A DNA stretch of 32,000 bases from Blochmannia endosymbiont of Camponotus modoc (lineage in GTDB: Bacteria > Pseudomonadota > Gammaproteobacteria > Enterobacterales > Enterobacteriaceae): NCBI RefSeq assembly GCF_023585785.1, contig NZ_CP097765.1, positions 30,001-62,000 of the forward strand. Reading direction: 5' to 3'. A program made the translations under genes and the position numbers. Every line of letters starts with the position of its first letter. Positions within the stretch are counted from its first letter, which is position 1. Under the pieces are notes generated by a model. It had not been told where the DNA came from. It saw nothing but the letters and a program-made list of their open reading frames with translations, and did not search any database. Below are positions 1-9,008 of this stretch, one piece after another.

Positions 1-1265
1 TAAAGAGTAACTATATTTAAGATGTGTTTGTGTTGGGATAAAGCAAAAATAGGTAATTTTGAATTGATACGAGACATTAATAACGTAGTACGTTCAAATT
101 CAGTCAAAACGATAATAGCACTTACTCCTGTTAGGTGATTGGCAGTATACATTGCAGATATAGCGATAGCTTCTTCGATATCATCAAATTTTTTTTTTTG
201 GTTGATGTCTGATAAAAAATTGATTTTTGAAATTTTTTCGGCACCTAAACATACATTAGCCATAGCTGCTACAGTTTCAGATGGATATTGACCTGTAGCA
301 GTTTCAGCGGATAACATAACTGCGTCAGTACCATCCAATACTGCATTAGCTACGTCCATTACTTCTGCGCGAGTAGGCATAGAATTATGAATCATAGATT
401 CCATCATTTGAGTTGCGGTAATGACTGCTCGATTAAGAGCGTGTGCTCTTTGTATTATTTTTTTTTGCACACCCACTAGTTCTGGTTCTCCAATTTCTAC
501 TCCTAAATCTCCTCGAGCTACCATTACTGCGTCTGATGCGTGAATGATATCATCTATTGTTTCGTCAGATGCAACTACTTCTGCGCGTTCTATTTTAGAA
601 ATAATTTTTGCATGACTACCAGCATCGACAATTAATTTTCGTGCACAATTTAAATCTATACTGCTACGAGGAAATGATATTGCTAGGTAGTCAACTCCAA
701 TTTGAGCCGCGGTGATAATATCAATTTTATCCTTGTTTGTTAAGACTTTCGCTGAAAGTCCTCCTCCTAATTTGTTTAAGCCTTTATTGTTGTATAACAT
801 ACCGCCAATAATTACTTTAGTATATATTTTAGTGTTATGGATTTTTATAACTTTTAATTGAATTTTCCCATCATCTAATAGAAGTAAATCTTCTGGGTGC
901 ACGTCTTGATCGAGTTCTTTGTAATCAACACCTACGCATTTGTGATTACCTTTATTATTGTTTGTCATCATGGCATCAATTAAAAAGTTATCTCCAGATT
1001 TTAAATATATTTTGTTTCCTTGAAAAGTTGAGATACGGATTTTAGGGCCTTGTAAATCTCCAAGAATAGCAATATATATACTTAGTTTGGAAGCGATTTC
1101 GCGTACTTTTTCTGCTCGGAAAAAGTGTTCTTGTGTTTTTCCATGAGAAAAATTTAGTCGTACGATATTTGCTCCTGAGATAATTATTTTTTCAAGATTG
1201 TTACCTTTATCTGTAGCAGGACCTAAAGTAGCGATAATTTTAGTTCTTCTCAATTGTTGAGACAT
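1..1265 (-). CDS. pykA: pyruvate kinase II, C-terminal end cut by the window edge
   Basis: This ORF is absent from the track because it is open at the window edge. Reverse-strand translation from the ATG (rc of 1263-1265) reads [28 protein letters not shown] and stays open to position 3. It contains [32 protein letters not shown] and ends ...[14 protein letters not shown]. It is colinear with E. coli PykA as I recall it. Confidence 0.93.
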   Translation of the reverse strand, partial: MSQQLRRTKIIATLGPATDKGNNLEKIIISGANIVRLNFSHGKTQEHFFRAEKVREIASKLSIYIAILGDLQGPKIRISTFQGNKIYLKSGDNFLIDAMMTNNNKGNHKCVGVDYKELDQDVHPEDLLLLDDGKIQLKVIKIHNTKIYTKVIIGGMLYNNKGLNKLGGGLSAKVLTNKDKIDIITAAQIGVDYLAISFPRSSIDLNCARKLIVDAGSHAKIISKIERAEVVASDETIDDIIHASDAVMVARGDLGVEIGEPELVGVQKKIIQRAHALNRAVITATQMMESMIHNSMPTRAEVMDVANAVLDGTDAVMLSAETATGQYPSETVAAMANVCLGAEKISKINFLSDINQKKKFDDIEEAIAISAMYTANHLTGVSAIIVLTEFERTTLLMSRINSKLPIFALSQHKHILNIVTL

Positions 1266-1931
1266 AATAATAGTTCCTTATGCGACTTAAATTTAAATAA
1301 TCAATATTAAAGAATGGCGATCATTAATTATGTTATTTATGTTATAATTTATGTTTATTTTATATTAAATTTTAATATACTATATGACAGTATATATATT
1401 ATAAATAGAATATTTGTTCTTGATATTTATAAAATAATTAATTAAATTTTTTGGAAATATTAGCAACATTAATGTAATAGCATCTAAGATTATAAATATT
1501 AATGATAATCTATCGATTAAATAAACACATAGATAGTTACAGTTGTGGTAGATAGGATTTTTTAATATAAAATAAACTATTCAATTATGAACAAACTTAT
1601 GATACGTTAATTCAGTTATTGCAAAATATGTATTATTATATATTTTATTAATCTTTAGGCATATTAATTTTTTGGATATGTAGTTTGATGATATATCTTA
1701 AAAAATATAAAAATGTGTTAAAAACATTGTGAAAATATAAAGACAATTAATAATCAATATTATAAATAATGTCTAATTTCTTACGGGTTGTTATTTTTAT
1801 AAACTCAAATTTAATTAGGCTACTTATTATTGTGTTTTGATTAAATATAACAAGTTTGTATTGTTATATAACCTACCTATATATGATGAATATTAGAAAC
1901 TTATATTCATTTAACATATCAGAGAATAAAT

Positions 1932-3416
1932 ATGAGATTAACATCTATCACTCAAGCATGTAATTTAATTATTTTTGGAGCAAAAGGTGATTTGGCACGC
2001 AGAAAACTGTTTCCATCATTATATCAATTAGAAAAAATAGGCGCTATTCATCCCGACACACGTATTATAGGAGTAGGCCGTGCAGAGTGGAATCTTGTTA
2101 TGTATATTGAAGTTGTATATGTTGCTTTAAAAACATTTATGCCAGATCCCATTGATGAATCGCTATGGCATGTGTTTAGAGCACGACTTGATTTTTGTAA
2201 TTTAGATGTATATCAAACTGAACGATTCGTTTTGTTGTTAGATAAGCTAAAAAGCATAGACATAGAGACAGTAAATTATCTTGCTATGCCTCCTGATACG
2301 TTTGGTGTTATATGTAAAGGGTTAAGCACCATTGGATTAAATAAAAAATCAAATCGTGTAGTTATAGAAAAACCGTTGGGTACTAATTTAGCTTCTGCTC
2401 GTATTATTAATGCGCAGATATCAGAATATTTTGAGGAAAAGCAAATTTATCGCATTGATCATTATTTAGGAAAAGAAACAGTTTTGAACTTATTGGCATT
2501 GCGTTTTGCAAATTATTTATTTTCTTCAAATTGGGATAATAATACTATTGATCACGTGCAGATCACTGTGGCGGAAGAAGTAGGTATTGAAGGTCGTTGG
2601 AAATATTTTGATTCGGTAGGGCAAATGCGTGATATGATACAAAGTCATTTATTACAGATTTTGACTATCATAGCTATGTCACCCCCAACTGATTTAAGCG
2701 CTGATTGTATTCGAGATGAAAAAGTTAAAGTGCTTCATTCGTTGAGGAAAATTAGTTGTAATAATGTACATGATGTTACGGTGCGCGGACAATATACGGC
2801 TGGTTTTATTCAAGGGAAACCAGTGCCTGGTTATTTAGAAGAAGAAGGGGCTAATAAAAGCAGCAATACTGAAACATTTGTATCTATTTGTGTCAACATA
2901 GATGATTGGCGTTGGACTGGTGTTCCATTTTATCTACGTACTGGGAAAAGGTTACCAATTAAATGTTCTGAAATTGTAATTTTTTTTAAAAAACCAATGA
3001 TTAATTTATTTCCTGATTCGTATAAAGACTTGCCTAACAATAAGTTGACTATTCGATTACAGCCAGACGAAGGGATAGATATTCAGATTTTGAATAAAGT
3101 ACCCGGATTAGGCCATAAACATCAATTACATACTACCAAATTAAATTTAAGTTTTTATAAAGATTTTTGTCCAGAACATGTAGTCGATGCATATGAACGA
3201 TTATTGTTAGAGACTATGCGCGGTATCCAAGCATTATTTGTTCGTTGTGATGAAATAGAAGGTGCTTGGAAATGGGTTGATTCTATTGTGCAAGCTTGGG
3301 AATTGGAAAATAATGCCCCTAAGCTTTATCAAGCTGGTACTTGGGGCCCTACAGATTCTGTAACTATGATTGCTAAAGATGGTCGTTTTTGGAATGAATA
3401 TAAATTTTATACGTAA
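1932..3416 (+). CDS. zwf: glucose-6-phosphate 1-dehydrogenase
   Basis: The 494-aa ORF carries the N-terminal IFGAKGDLARRKLFPSLYQL dinucleotide-binding motif, the RIDHYLGKE active-site motif and EEGANKSSNTETFV. It is full-length colinear with E. coli Zwf. Confidence 0.97.
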   Translation: MRLTSITQACNLIIFGAKGDLARRKLFPSLYQLEKIGAIHPDTRIIGVGRAEWNLVMYIEVVYVALKTFMPDPIDESLWHVFRARLDFCNLDVYQTERFVLLLDKLKSIDIETVNYLAMPPDTFGVICKGLSTIGLNKKSNRVVIEKPLGTNLASARIINAQISEYFEEKQIYRIDHYLGKETVLNLLALRFANYLFSSNWDNNTIDHVQITVAEEVGIEGRWKYFDSVGQMRDMIQSHLLQILTIIAMSPPTDLSADCIRDEKVKVLHSLRKISCNNVHDVTVRGQYTAGFIQGKPVPGYLEEEGANKSSNTETFVSICVNIDDWRWTGVPFYLRTGKRLPIKCSEIVIFFKKPMINLFPDSYKDLPNNKLTIRLQPDEGIDIQILNKVPGLGHKHQLHTTKLNLSFYKDFCPEHVVDAYERLLLETMRGIQALFVRCDEIEGAWKWVDSIVQAWELENNAPKLYQAGTWGPTDSVTMIAKDGRFWNEYKFYT

Positions 3417-3649
3417 TGATTTCATATATTATAGTGATCATTAATTTGTTTATTCTAATTAATAGAAGTTTAAAATTTTTTTATTTTTGAAAAAAGATAT
3501 TTGTAATAATTAGACGTTTTTAATTGTTTAAAACATTAATATAGAAATGTTTTTATTGTACATAAAAGATTCTTAAAAATTGAAATTATCTATATCACTA
3601 GATATTGTTTAAATATTTAGGTTTTTTAGTAAAAAGGAAGATGGTTTTT

Positions 3650-4585
3650 ATGATGCGTATTATATTATTTTTAATTACTAATTTATCAGTAATGATATTA
3701 TTTGGTAGTATATTGAGCTTACTGGGATGTTGGTCTTCTACTACATTTGAATTAATGAGAATGGCTGGAATATTTGGTTTCGGAGGAGCGTTTATTTCGC
3801 TATTATTATCTAAATCTATAGCTTTATCTGCAGTTAATGGTTTGATCATTAGTCAAGCATCTAATGATGTAGAACATTTATTATTGAAAATAATACATGG
3901 TCAGGCTAAGCAATTAGATATTGTTCCGCCACAGTTGGCTATTTACGATTCTATAGATATGAATGCTTTTGCTACGGGAGCAAGAAGAAATTCGGCATTA
4001 ATAGCCGTTAGTACTGGTCTCTTGAAAAATATGAATCAAGAGTCAATTGAGGCTGTTGTTGCTCATGAAATGAATCATATCGCTTCCGGAGATATGATTA
4101 CTATGACTCTTATTCAAGGTATAATTAATACTTTTGTGATTTTTGTATCGCGTAGTCTTACCGCGATGATCTTTTATTGGACTTCGTTTATAAATGACCA
4201 AAATGATGAGCAGCTTGATATCCGTAGCAGTAATCATTGTGATATAAATAATTCTATAGTGTATATTATTGTATCAACGATTTTAGAAGTTTTGTTCGGT
4301 ATGTTTGCTAGCATCATCGTGTTTTGGTTTTCTCGTCATCGTGAATTTTACGCGGATGCTGGTGCCGCTAAATTAGTAGGATGCAGAAATGTTATTACTG
4401 CCTTACAAGAATTAAAATATAGTCATACACTTAACATGTCTAATAATATTACTACTTTGTATATTAATAGTGTAAAAAAAAGTATATTAAGTGATTTATT
4501 CGCATCTCATCCTTCTTTAGATAAGAGGATAGAAGCATTACAACATGGTACTTATTTGAATAAGTCGTCTTATTTTTTTAAATAA
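3650..4585 (+). CDS. htpX: membrane zinc metalloprotease HtpX
   Basis: The track ORF is 3605..4585. I moved the start to ATG 3650 because MMRIILFLITNLSVM aligns with the E. coli HtpX N-terminus MMRIALFLLTNLAVM. AGGAAG at 3635-3640 sits 9 nt upstream of that ATG. The HEMNH zinc motif and the C-terminal HPSLDKRIEAL are present. Confidence 0.93.
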   Translation: MMRIILFLITNLSVMILFGSILSLLGCWSSTTFELMRMAGIFGFGGAFISLLLSKSIALSAVNGLIISQASNDVEHLLLKIIHGQAKQLDIVPPQLAIYDSIDMNAFATGARRNSALIAVSTGLLKNMNQESIEAVVAHEMNHIASGDMITMTLIQGIINTFVIFVSRSLTAMIFYWTSFINDQNDEQLDIRSSNHCDINNSIVYIIVSTILEVLFGMFASIIVFWFSRHREFYADAGAAKLVGCRNVITALQELKYSHTLNMSNNITTLYINSVKKSILSDLFASHPSLDKRIEALQHGTYLNKSSYFFK

Positions 4586-4668
4586 ATAACTTTGATTAAA
4601 GATGAAAATGATTGTTTTTATGAGTTTATGTAAAGGGTTATGTGTCGTATGATTTACAAAGTAAAAAA

Positions 4669-4695
4669 TAAATGCTATCTTATCCGTAGCATTTA
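4669..4695 (+). terminator. hairpin downstream of htpX (9-bp stem, 9-nt loop), no clear T-run
   Basis: TAAATGCTA (4669-4677) pairs perfectly with TAGCATTTA (4687-4695). The hairpin lies 84 nt after the htpX stop. The downstream sequence is not U-rich, so termination is only tentative. Confidence 0.3.
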
Positions 4696-4977
4696 GCGTG
4701 AACACAATGTTTTTATAGAAATTTTTATTTTAATTTCATTATGTTCTAAAATAACGAAAAAATTTGTTTTGTTTTTAGCTTTTATATGATAGAAATAGTA
4801 GTGTAGAGTAGTTCTGTATTTATATGTAAAAATTTTTAGATATTATGATTAATTGAATAAATTGGTTTACATAGTGAGTGCGTTGAATTGCAGCATTACT
4901 TCAGTATGTCTTTGCATTATTTTCATCAATGATGATAGTGAAAATATGAATGAAAGATTTTTATATATTATTAGTAG

Positions 4978-5005
4978 GATCACTTAATCCTATGATTAAG
5001 TGATC
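4978..5005 (+). promoter_or_regulatory. perfect 12-bp stem / 4-nt loop hairpin in the presumed yobF-cspC leader
   Basis: GATCACTTAATC (4978-4989), loop CTAT, GATTAAGTGATC (4994-5005). All 12 base pairs were verified by hand. It has no flanking T-run. It lies about 40 nt upstream of the yobF-like relic and 185 nt upstream of cspC. Confidence 0.35.
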
Positions 5006-5046
5006 AAATGTCAGGTAAACCGAGATATGCTTCCGTATATAAGTAG

Positions 5047-5124
5047 TATTTTGATAACTTCAGTAAAGAAGTGTTATGTATGAATAATATAATTTCCTCT
5101 TATTTGAATGTTTCACGAGAATAA
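5047..5124 (+). pseudogene. yobF: possible relic of small protein gene yobF (no start codon, internally shortened)
   Basis: The frame 5047-5124 reads [25 protein letters not shown]. It is preceded by an in-frame TAG at 5044-5046. FSKEVL is identical to residues 5-10 of E. coli YobF ([13 protein letters not shown]..., from memory), and S..NVS resembles YobF SCSNVS. The position, immediately upstream of cspC on the same strand, matches the E. coli yobF-cspC arrangement. Confidence 0.35.
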
Positions 5125-5189
5125 TAACTCTGGTTTGTCTTTTAATCGCTGTTACGGCAAATGTAAACACTCTAAAGGAAATACGTAAG

Positions 5190-5399
5190 ATGGCAAAAAT
5201 TAAAGGTCAAGTAAAATGGTTTAATGAATCTAAAGGTTTTGGTTTTATTACACCGTCAGATGGTAGTAAAGATGTATTTGTACATTTTTCTGCTATTCAA
5301 GGAAATGGATTTAAGACTTTGTCTGAAGGACAAAGCGTAGAATTTGAAATTCAAGATGGACACAAAGGTCCATCTGCTGTAAACGTGACGGCTTTATGA
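5190..5399 (+). CDS. cspC: cold-shock-domain protein CspC
   Basis: The 69-aa [47 protein letters not shown]... is nearly identical to E. coli CspC. The RNP1 (KGFGFI) and RNP2 (VFVHF) motifs are present. AAGGAAA sits upstream of the ATG. Confidence 0.97.
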   Translation: MAKIKGQVKWFNESKGFGFITPSDGSKDVFVHFSAIQGNGFKTLSEGQSVEFEIQDGHKGPSAVNVTAL

Positions 5400-5622
5400 T
5401 ATATGATGATTAATGTGTGTGTATTTGTATAAAATAAGGGTATTTTGAAAAAACAGCGAGTATCATAGTACAAATTTACTGTTGATGTGAAATACATAGT
5501 ACTTTTTTAAAGTTTAAGAATGTGTATAGGTACATAAGATAAGATGCGGTACTAATGTGTTAATTTAGTAATTTTGGTAAAGATCTTAAAATAATGGATG
5601 ATGGTTACTGCTGTGATAGTGT

Positions 5623-5712
5623 GTTAGAGCTACAAAAAAATAAGAGAACCTTTTATTAATATTAAATAATATTTTTACTTCTTAGGTTCTCTTATTTTTT
5701 TGTAGCTCTAAC
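5623..5712. terminator. long perfect inverted repeat between convergent cspC and manZ (likely bidirectional terminator)
   Basis: GTTAGAGCTACAAAAAAATAAGAGAACC (5623-5650) is the exact reverse complement of 5685-5712, and the 5651/5684 pair extends the stem to 29 bp with a 32-nt loop. The + strand continues TTTCTTGTTT. The right arm ends 8 nt from the manZ stop codon. Confidence 0.6.
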
Positions 5713-5720
5713 TTTCTTGT

Positions 5721-6587
5721 TTAAAGACCTAATAATCCTGTCCAGTATCCAACAATTCCGATCCCAAAAAATCCTATAATAATCCATAGTGCATTTACTT
5801 TCTTATTCAGTAACCACATGCAAGCAAACGTTAATAATAAAGGAACGAATCCAGGCATGAGCTGATCTAAAATATTTTGTATAGTTGTGACTACTGTATT
5901 CCCATCATTATCAGTAATTTTAGACAGTACGCATGGTATGTTTACATGTGTCCATTTGTTAACTAATGCTCCCATAACAAATAAACCTAAAATTGAAGAA
6001 CCTTCTGTCAATTTTTGCAAAACCCCTCCTTCCATATCATTAACAATGCTGATTCCTTTTTTATAACCATATGTAATGCCATAATAACGAGTAGCTAGTC
6101 TAGCTGTGTTGAATAAAATAAAAAATAGACACGGACCTAGTAAATTCCCCCCTATAGCGATTCCTGCTCCTAGAGCAGCAAATACTGGTCTAGCAGTTCC
6201 CCAAAATATCGGATCACCTACTCCAGCCAAAGGCCCCATTAGTCCTACTTTTAAACCATTGATAGAAGCATTATTTATAGTAGTAGCACCATTAGCTTTT
6301 TGTTCCTCCATGGCCATAGTGACTCCTAATATAGGCGCAGCAACATATGGGTGTGTATTAAAAAATTCTAAATGTCGTTTAATTGCCTCTTTTTGATCTT
6401 TGCTATTTTTTGGGTATAAACGTCGGATTACTGGAATCATAGAAAAACAAAATCCTAATGCTTGCATACGTTCAAAATTCCAAGATCCTTGAAAAATATT
6501 AGAACGAATAAAAACTGCACGTATATCATTTTTCTTTAATTTTATTGTTTTTGTTTTAGTGTAGATTTTTTGAGGATTATTAATCAT
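5721..6587 (-). CDS. manZ: PTS mannose-family transporter subunit IID
   Basis: The 288-aa ORF contains FQGSWNFERMQALGFCFSMIP, GVGDPIFWGT and a C-terminus of ...WIIIGFFGIGIVGYWTGLLGL. It is colinear with E. coli ManZ. Confidence 0.96.
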   Translation of the reverse strand: MINNPQKIYTKTKTIKLKKNDIRAVFIRSNIFQGSWNFERMQALGFCFSMIPVIRRLYPKNSKDQKEAIKRHLEFFNTHPYVAAPILGVTMAMEEQKANGATTINNASINGLKVGLMGPLAGVGDPIFWGTARPVFAALGAGIAIGGNLLGPCLFFILFNTARLATRYYGITYGYKKGISIVNDMEGGVLQKLTEGSSILGLFVMGALVNKWTHVNIPCVLSKITDNDGNTVVTTIQNILDQLMPGFVPLLLTFACMWLLNKKVNALWIIIGFFGIGIVGYWTGLLGL

Positions 6588-6613
6588 TATGATTACCTAT
6601 TAATCTAGTCTTA

Positions 6614-7423
6614 TTAATCTAGTTCATCATCAAGTTTACTTGCGGATTGAACAGTTGGGTTAGAAAGATTTTGATTTTTAACTTGATTATAACGTGGAGA
6701 TAATTGAATGTATAGGATGGCCATAATTATACCAATGATACCCAATGCGACTAAATTGAAATCGGTAAAGGCTGTAATAACAAATCCTAAATAAAAAAAT
6801 GGCATTAAATATCCGGTGCGCATCATATTTATAACCATAGCATAACCAACTACAACAATAATACCTCCAGCAATATTTAAACCGTTAGTTATCACTTCTG
6901 GAATAGCATGGAGCATAGAGTGTACCGTTTCAGTTCCAACAGAAACTCCAACAATAGTAGCTGGAATTGAAACTCGCATAGCTTGTAACATGAGAGCTGT
7001 AATATGAATCCAACTTAAAATTCTTATGTTACAGTGTTCAGCTGCTTTATCAGCGGCGTGTTGAAATGCTACAGTAATAGTGCGCACAATAATGGTTAAT
7101 ACTTGTCCGGTAGCGGCTAATGGAATTGCTAAAGCGATTCCTGATCCGATGGATTGTTGCCCCATAATGACCAAAATAGTAGAGATAATTGAAGCTAAAG
7201 CAGTATCGGGTGCTACGGCAGCTCCTATATTCATCCATCCTAGTGCTATCATTTCTAGCGTGCCTCCAATAATGATTCCAGTTTTTATATCTCCTAAAAT
7301 TAATCCAGTTAGAGTACATGCTATTAACGGTCTATGACATTGAAATTCGTCAAGTATCGAGCCCATTCCGATAATACAAGACGTAATAAACAATAAAATA
7401 ATTTGAAGTGTGTTAATTTCCAT
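6614..7423 (-). CDS. manY: PTS mannose-family transporter subunit IIC
   Basis: The 269-aa polytopic membrane ORF lies between manX and manZ in the conserved manXYZ order. It begins MEINTLQIILLFI. Confidence 0.95.
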   Translation of the reverse strand: MEINTLQIILLFITSCIIGMGSILDEFQCHRPLIACTLTGLILGDIKTGIIIGGTLEMIALGWMNIGAAVAPDTALASIISTILVIMGQQSIGSGIALAIPLAATGQVLTIIVRTITVAFQHAADKAAEHCNIRILSWIHITALMLQAMRVSIPATIVGVSVGTETVHSMLHAIPEVITNGLNIAGGIIVVVGYAMVINMMRTGYLMPFFYLGFVITAFTDFNLVALGIIGIIMAILYIQLSPRYNQVKNQNLSNPTVQSASKLDDELD

Positions 7424-7498
7424 CTCATTTCCTGAATATATGAAAATAAAATATAGTGTTTACATGAATTTATTAAATAAAATTGTATATTTAATTAA

Positions 7499-8473
7499 TT
7501 AGGAATTATTTATTTTTTTTATTAATTGCATCATTTTTAATGATGGATCTGATGGCACTTTACGTACTTCTAATTCAATGCCATATTGATCTAGTTTTTT
7601 AAAAGCTTCAATATCTGTGTTATTTACTGATATAGCATTATTTATTTGTTTTTTATCTTTATAAAAAGCCATGCCCCCAATATTTACGGAATTAATAGGC
7701 ACGCCACCTTCAAAAAGACGTAAAACATCTGTAGGATTAGTGAATAACATTATAACTTTATCTCCGGCATATTTAGGATTATTGTATACGCGTATAGTTT
7801 TATTGATATCTAAAACATGAGCAGTTATTCCAGGAGGACTTACTTGAGTAAGTAAAGTTTTTCGGATCATATCTTTAGATACTTCGTCGTTTACTACTAT
7901 AATACGTTTAATATTGTATTCTTTAGCCCAACAAGTTACTACTTGTCCATGAATCAATCTATCGTCAATACGTGCCAAGCAAATGATCATATGATTTTTG
8001 TTATTTTTATCTGATAATTTAGGTGCAGCAGTGTGTTTAGTAATATCTTTTTCATCATATAAATGGTTGTTAGTTAATGAATATTTTACTGATTTTATGC
8101 TTTCATTACCCGATTTTAATGCTATTTGTATTAGTTCTTGAAAGGAATGGACATTGTCGCGTTCCATGAAAACTTCTATTAACATAGGGATGTTCATGCC
8201 TGTAACAATATCGTATTTTTCTTTATTTAACACGATATCATGAGCGGCATTAAATGGGCTCCCCCCCCAAGTATCCACCAAAAATAATACCCCTGCGCTT
8301 TTGTTAAGATTTGATAGATGTGCATGATATTTTTCAATTAATATTTTAGTATTTTCTTCGGGCAATAGATCAACCCATGCAACATTTTGTTGTTTTCCTA
8401 TGATCATTTCAGTGGTTTCAATCAATTTTTTAGATACAGAACCATGGGCTCCTAATATTATAGCAATAGTCAC
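7499..8473 (-). CDS. manX: PTS mannose-family enzyme IIAB
   Basis: The 324-aa ORF has a GTG start (rc of 8471-8473) with GAGGGA upstream. MTIAII...LVDTWGGSPFNAA marks the IIA domain and ARIDDRLIHGQV marks the IIB domain with its phospho-His. The E. coli Ala/Pro-rich interdomain linker is replaced by an Asn/Lys-rich one (about 7991-8083). Confidence 0.96.
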   Translation of the reverse strand: MTIAIILGAHGSVSKKLIETTEMIIGKQQNVAWVDLLPEENTKILIEKYHAHLSNLNKSAGVLFLVDTWGGSPFNAAHDIVLNKEKYDIVTGMNIPMLIEVFMERDNVHSFQELIQIALKSGNESIKSVKYSLTNNHLYDEKDITKHTAAPKLSDKNNKNHMIICLARIDDRLIHGQVVTCWAKEYNIKRIIVVNDEVSKDMIRKTLLTQVSPPGITAHVLDINKTIRVYNNPKYAGDKVIMLFTNPTDVLRLFEGGVPINSVNIGGMAFYKDKKQINNAISVNNTDIEAFKKLDQYGIELEVRKVPSDPSLKMMQLIKKINNS

Positions 8474-8499
8474 TACTTTTCCCTCTTTTGTGTGTTTTT

Positions 8500-8544
8500 A
8501 ACAATTCCTTATTATTTTAATTTTTAAAACAATAAGGAATTGTT
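8500..8544. promoter_or_regulatory. near-perfect 45-nt palindrome 27 nt upstream of the manX start codon
   Basis: AACAATTCCTTATT (8500-8513) pairs with AATAAGGAATTGTT (8531-8544). After a single A/C mismatch (8514/8530), TTTTAA and TTAAAA pair as well, giving 20 bp with a 3-nt loop. A T5 run follows the hairpin on the + strand only, which is antisense to manX. Confidence 0.4.
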
Positions 8545-9008
8545 TTTAATGTTATCGTATATAGGTTAACATTGTTTTGATATGTAAAAGTAAAAATTGT
8601 ATCACTATAACAGTTTAAATTATTTTCTGATTTTTTGTTTCAGCTAGTAGACAATACAGAATTAAAATAAACTTAATGTACTGCAAAAAATAAACGAGTA
8701 TATTATACTGTCTTTTTTGTCATAATGATACATTATCCTTAATATTAAAGTATTTATTTTCAATAATTTGAAGAGATATTTTATGTTATCCCATAAAAAT
8801 GGTCTTATTATGTAAGTGATATCCACATAATTTATGGTCATACATAATATATTTTTAATTTTTATCAACACTCTCCTCTACACAAACTTGTATTTTGATC
8901 GGGTTTAATTTATTGCTGACAACTTCATTATGTAATCAGATATTTTAATATGTTTAATATAAATATGCCATGAGACGATTTGCTATCTAATGTTCAATGG
9001 AGATTATC

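Noticed and set aside
3598-3849. An 83-aa reverse-strand ORF overlapping the htpX start. The same applies to 4043..4237 (-), 3234..3425 (-), 9353..9541 (-), 8987..9292 (-), 12519..12731 (-), 14076..14300 (+), 14337..14573 (+), 17869..18084 (+), 25905..26087 (+), 27739..27990 (-), 29929..30210 (+), 30052..30279 (-) and 30721..30912 (-).
   Set aside because: All are antisense or out of frame within well-supported conserved genes. They have low-complexity translations and no independent support.
6106-6396. A 96-aa + strand ORF inside manZ. The same applies to 7050..7319 (-) and 7080..7337 (+) inside manY.
   Set aside because: These ORFs are fully embedded in, or antisense to or out of frame with, strongly conserved PTS membrane genes. 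Their Pro/Ala/Gly-rich translations are typical of off-frame readings of hydrophobic coding sequence. They have no start context.
8662-8871. A 69-aa orphan ORF in the manX-yoaE spacer.
   Set aside because: Its Ile/Leu/Lys/Tyr-rich low-complexity translation is what AT-rich non-coding DNA is expected to give. It has no ribosome-binding site, no recognisable motif and no TM pattern. The length is close to chance for this composition.
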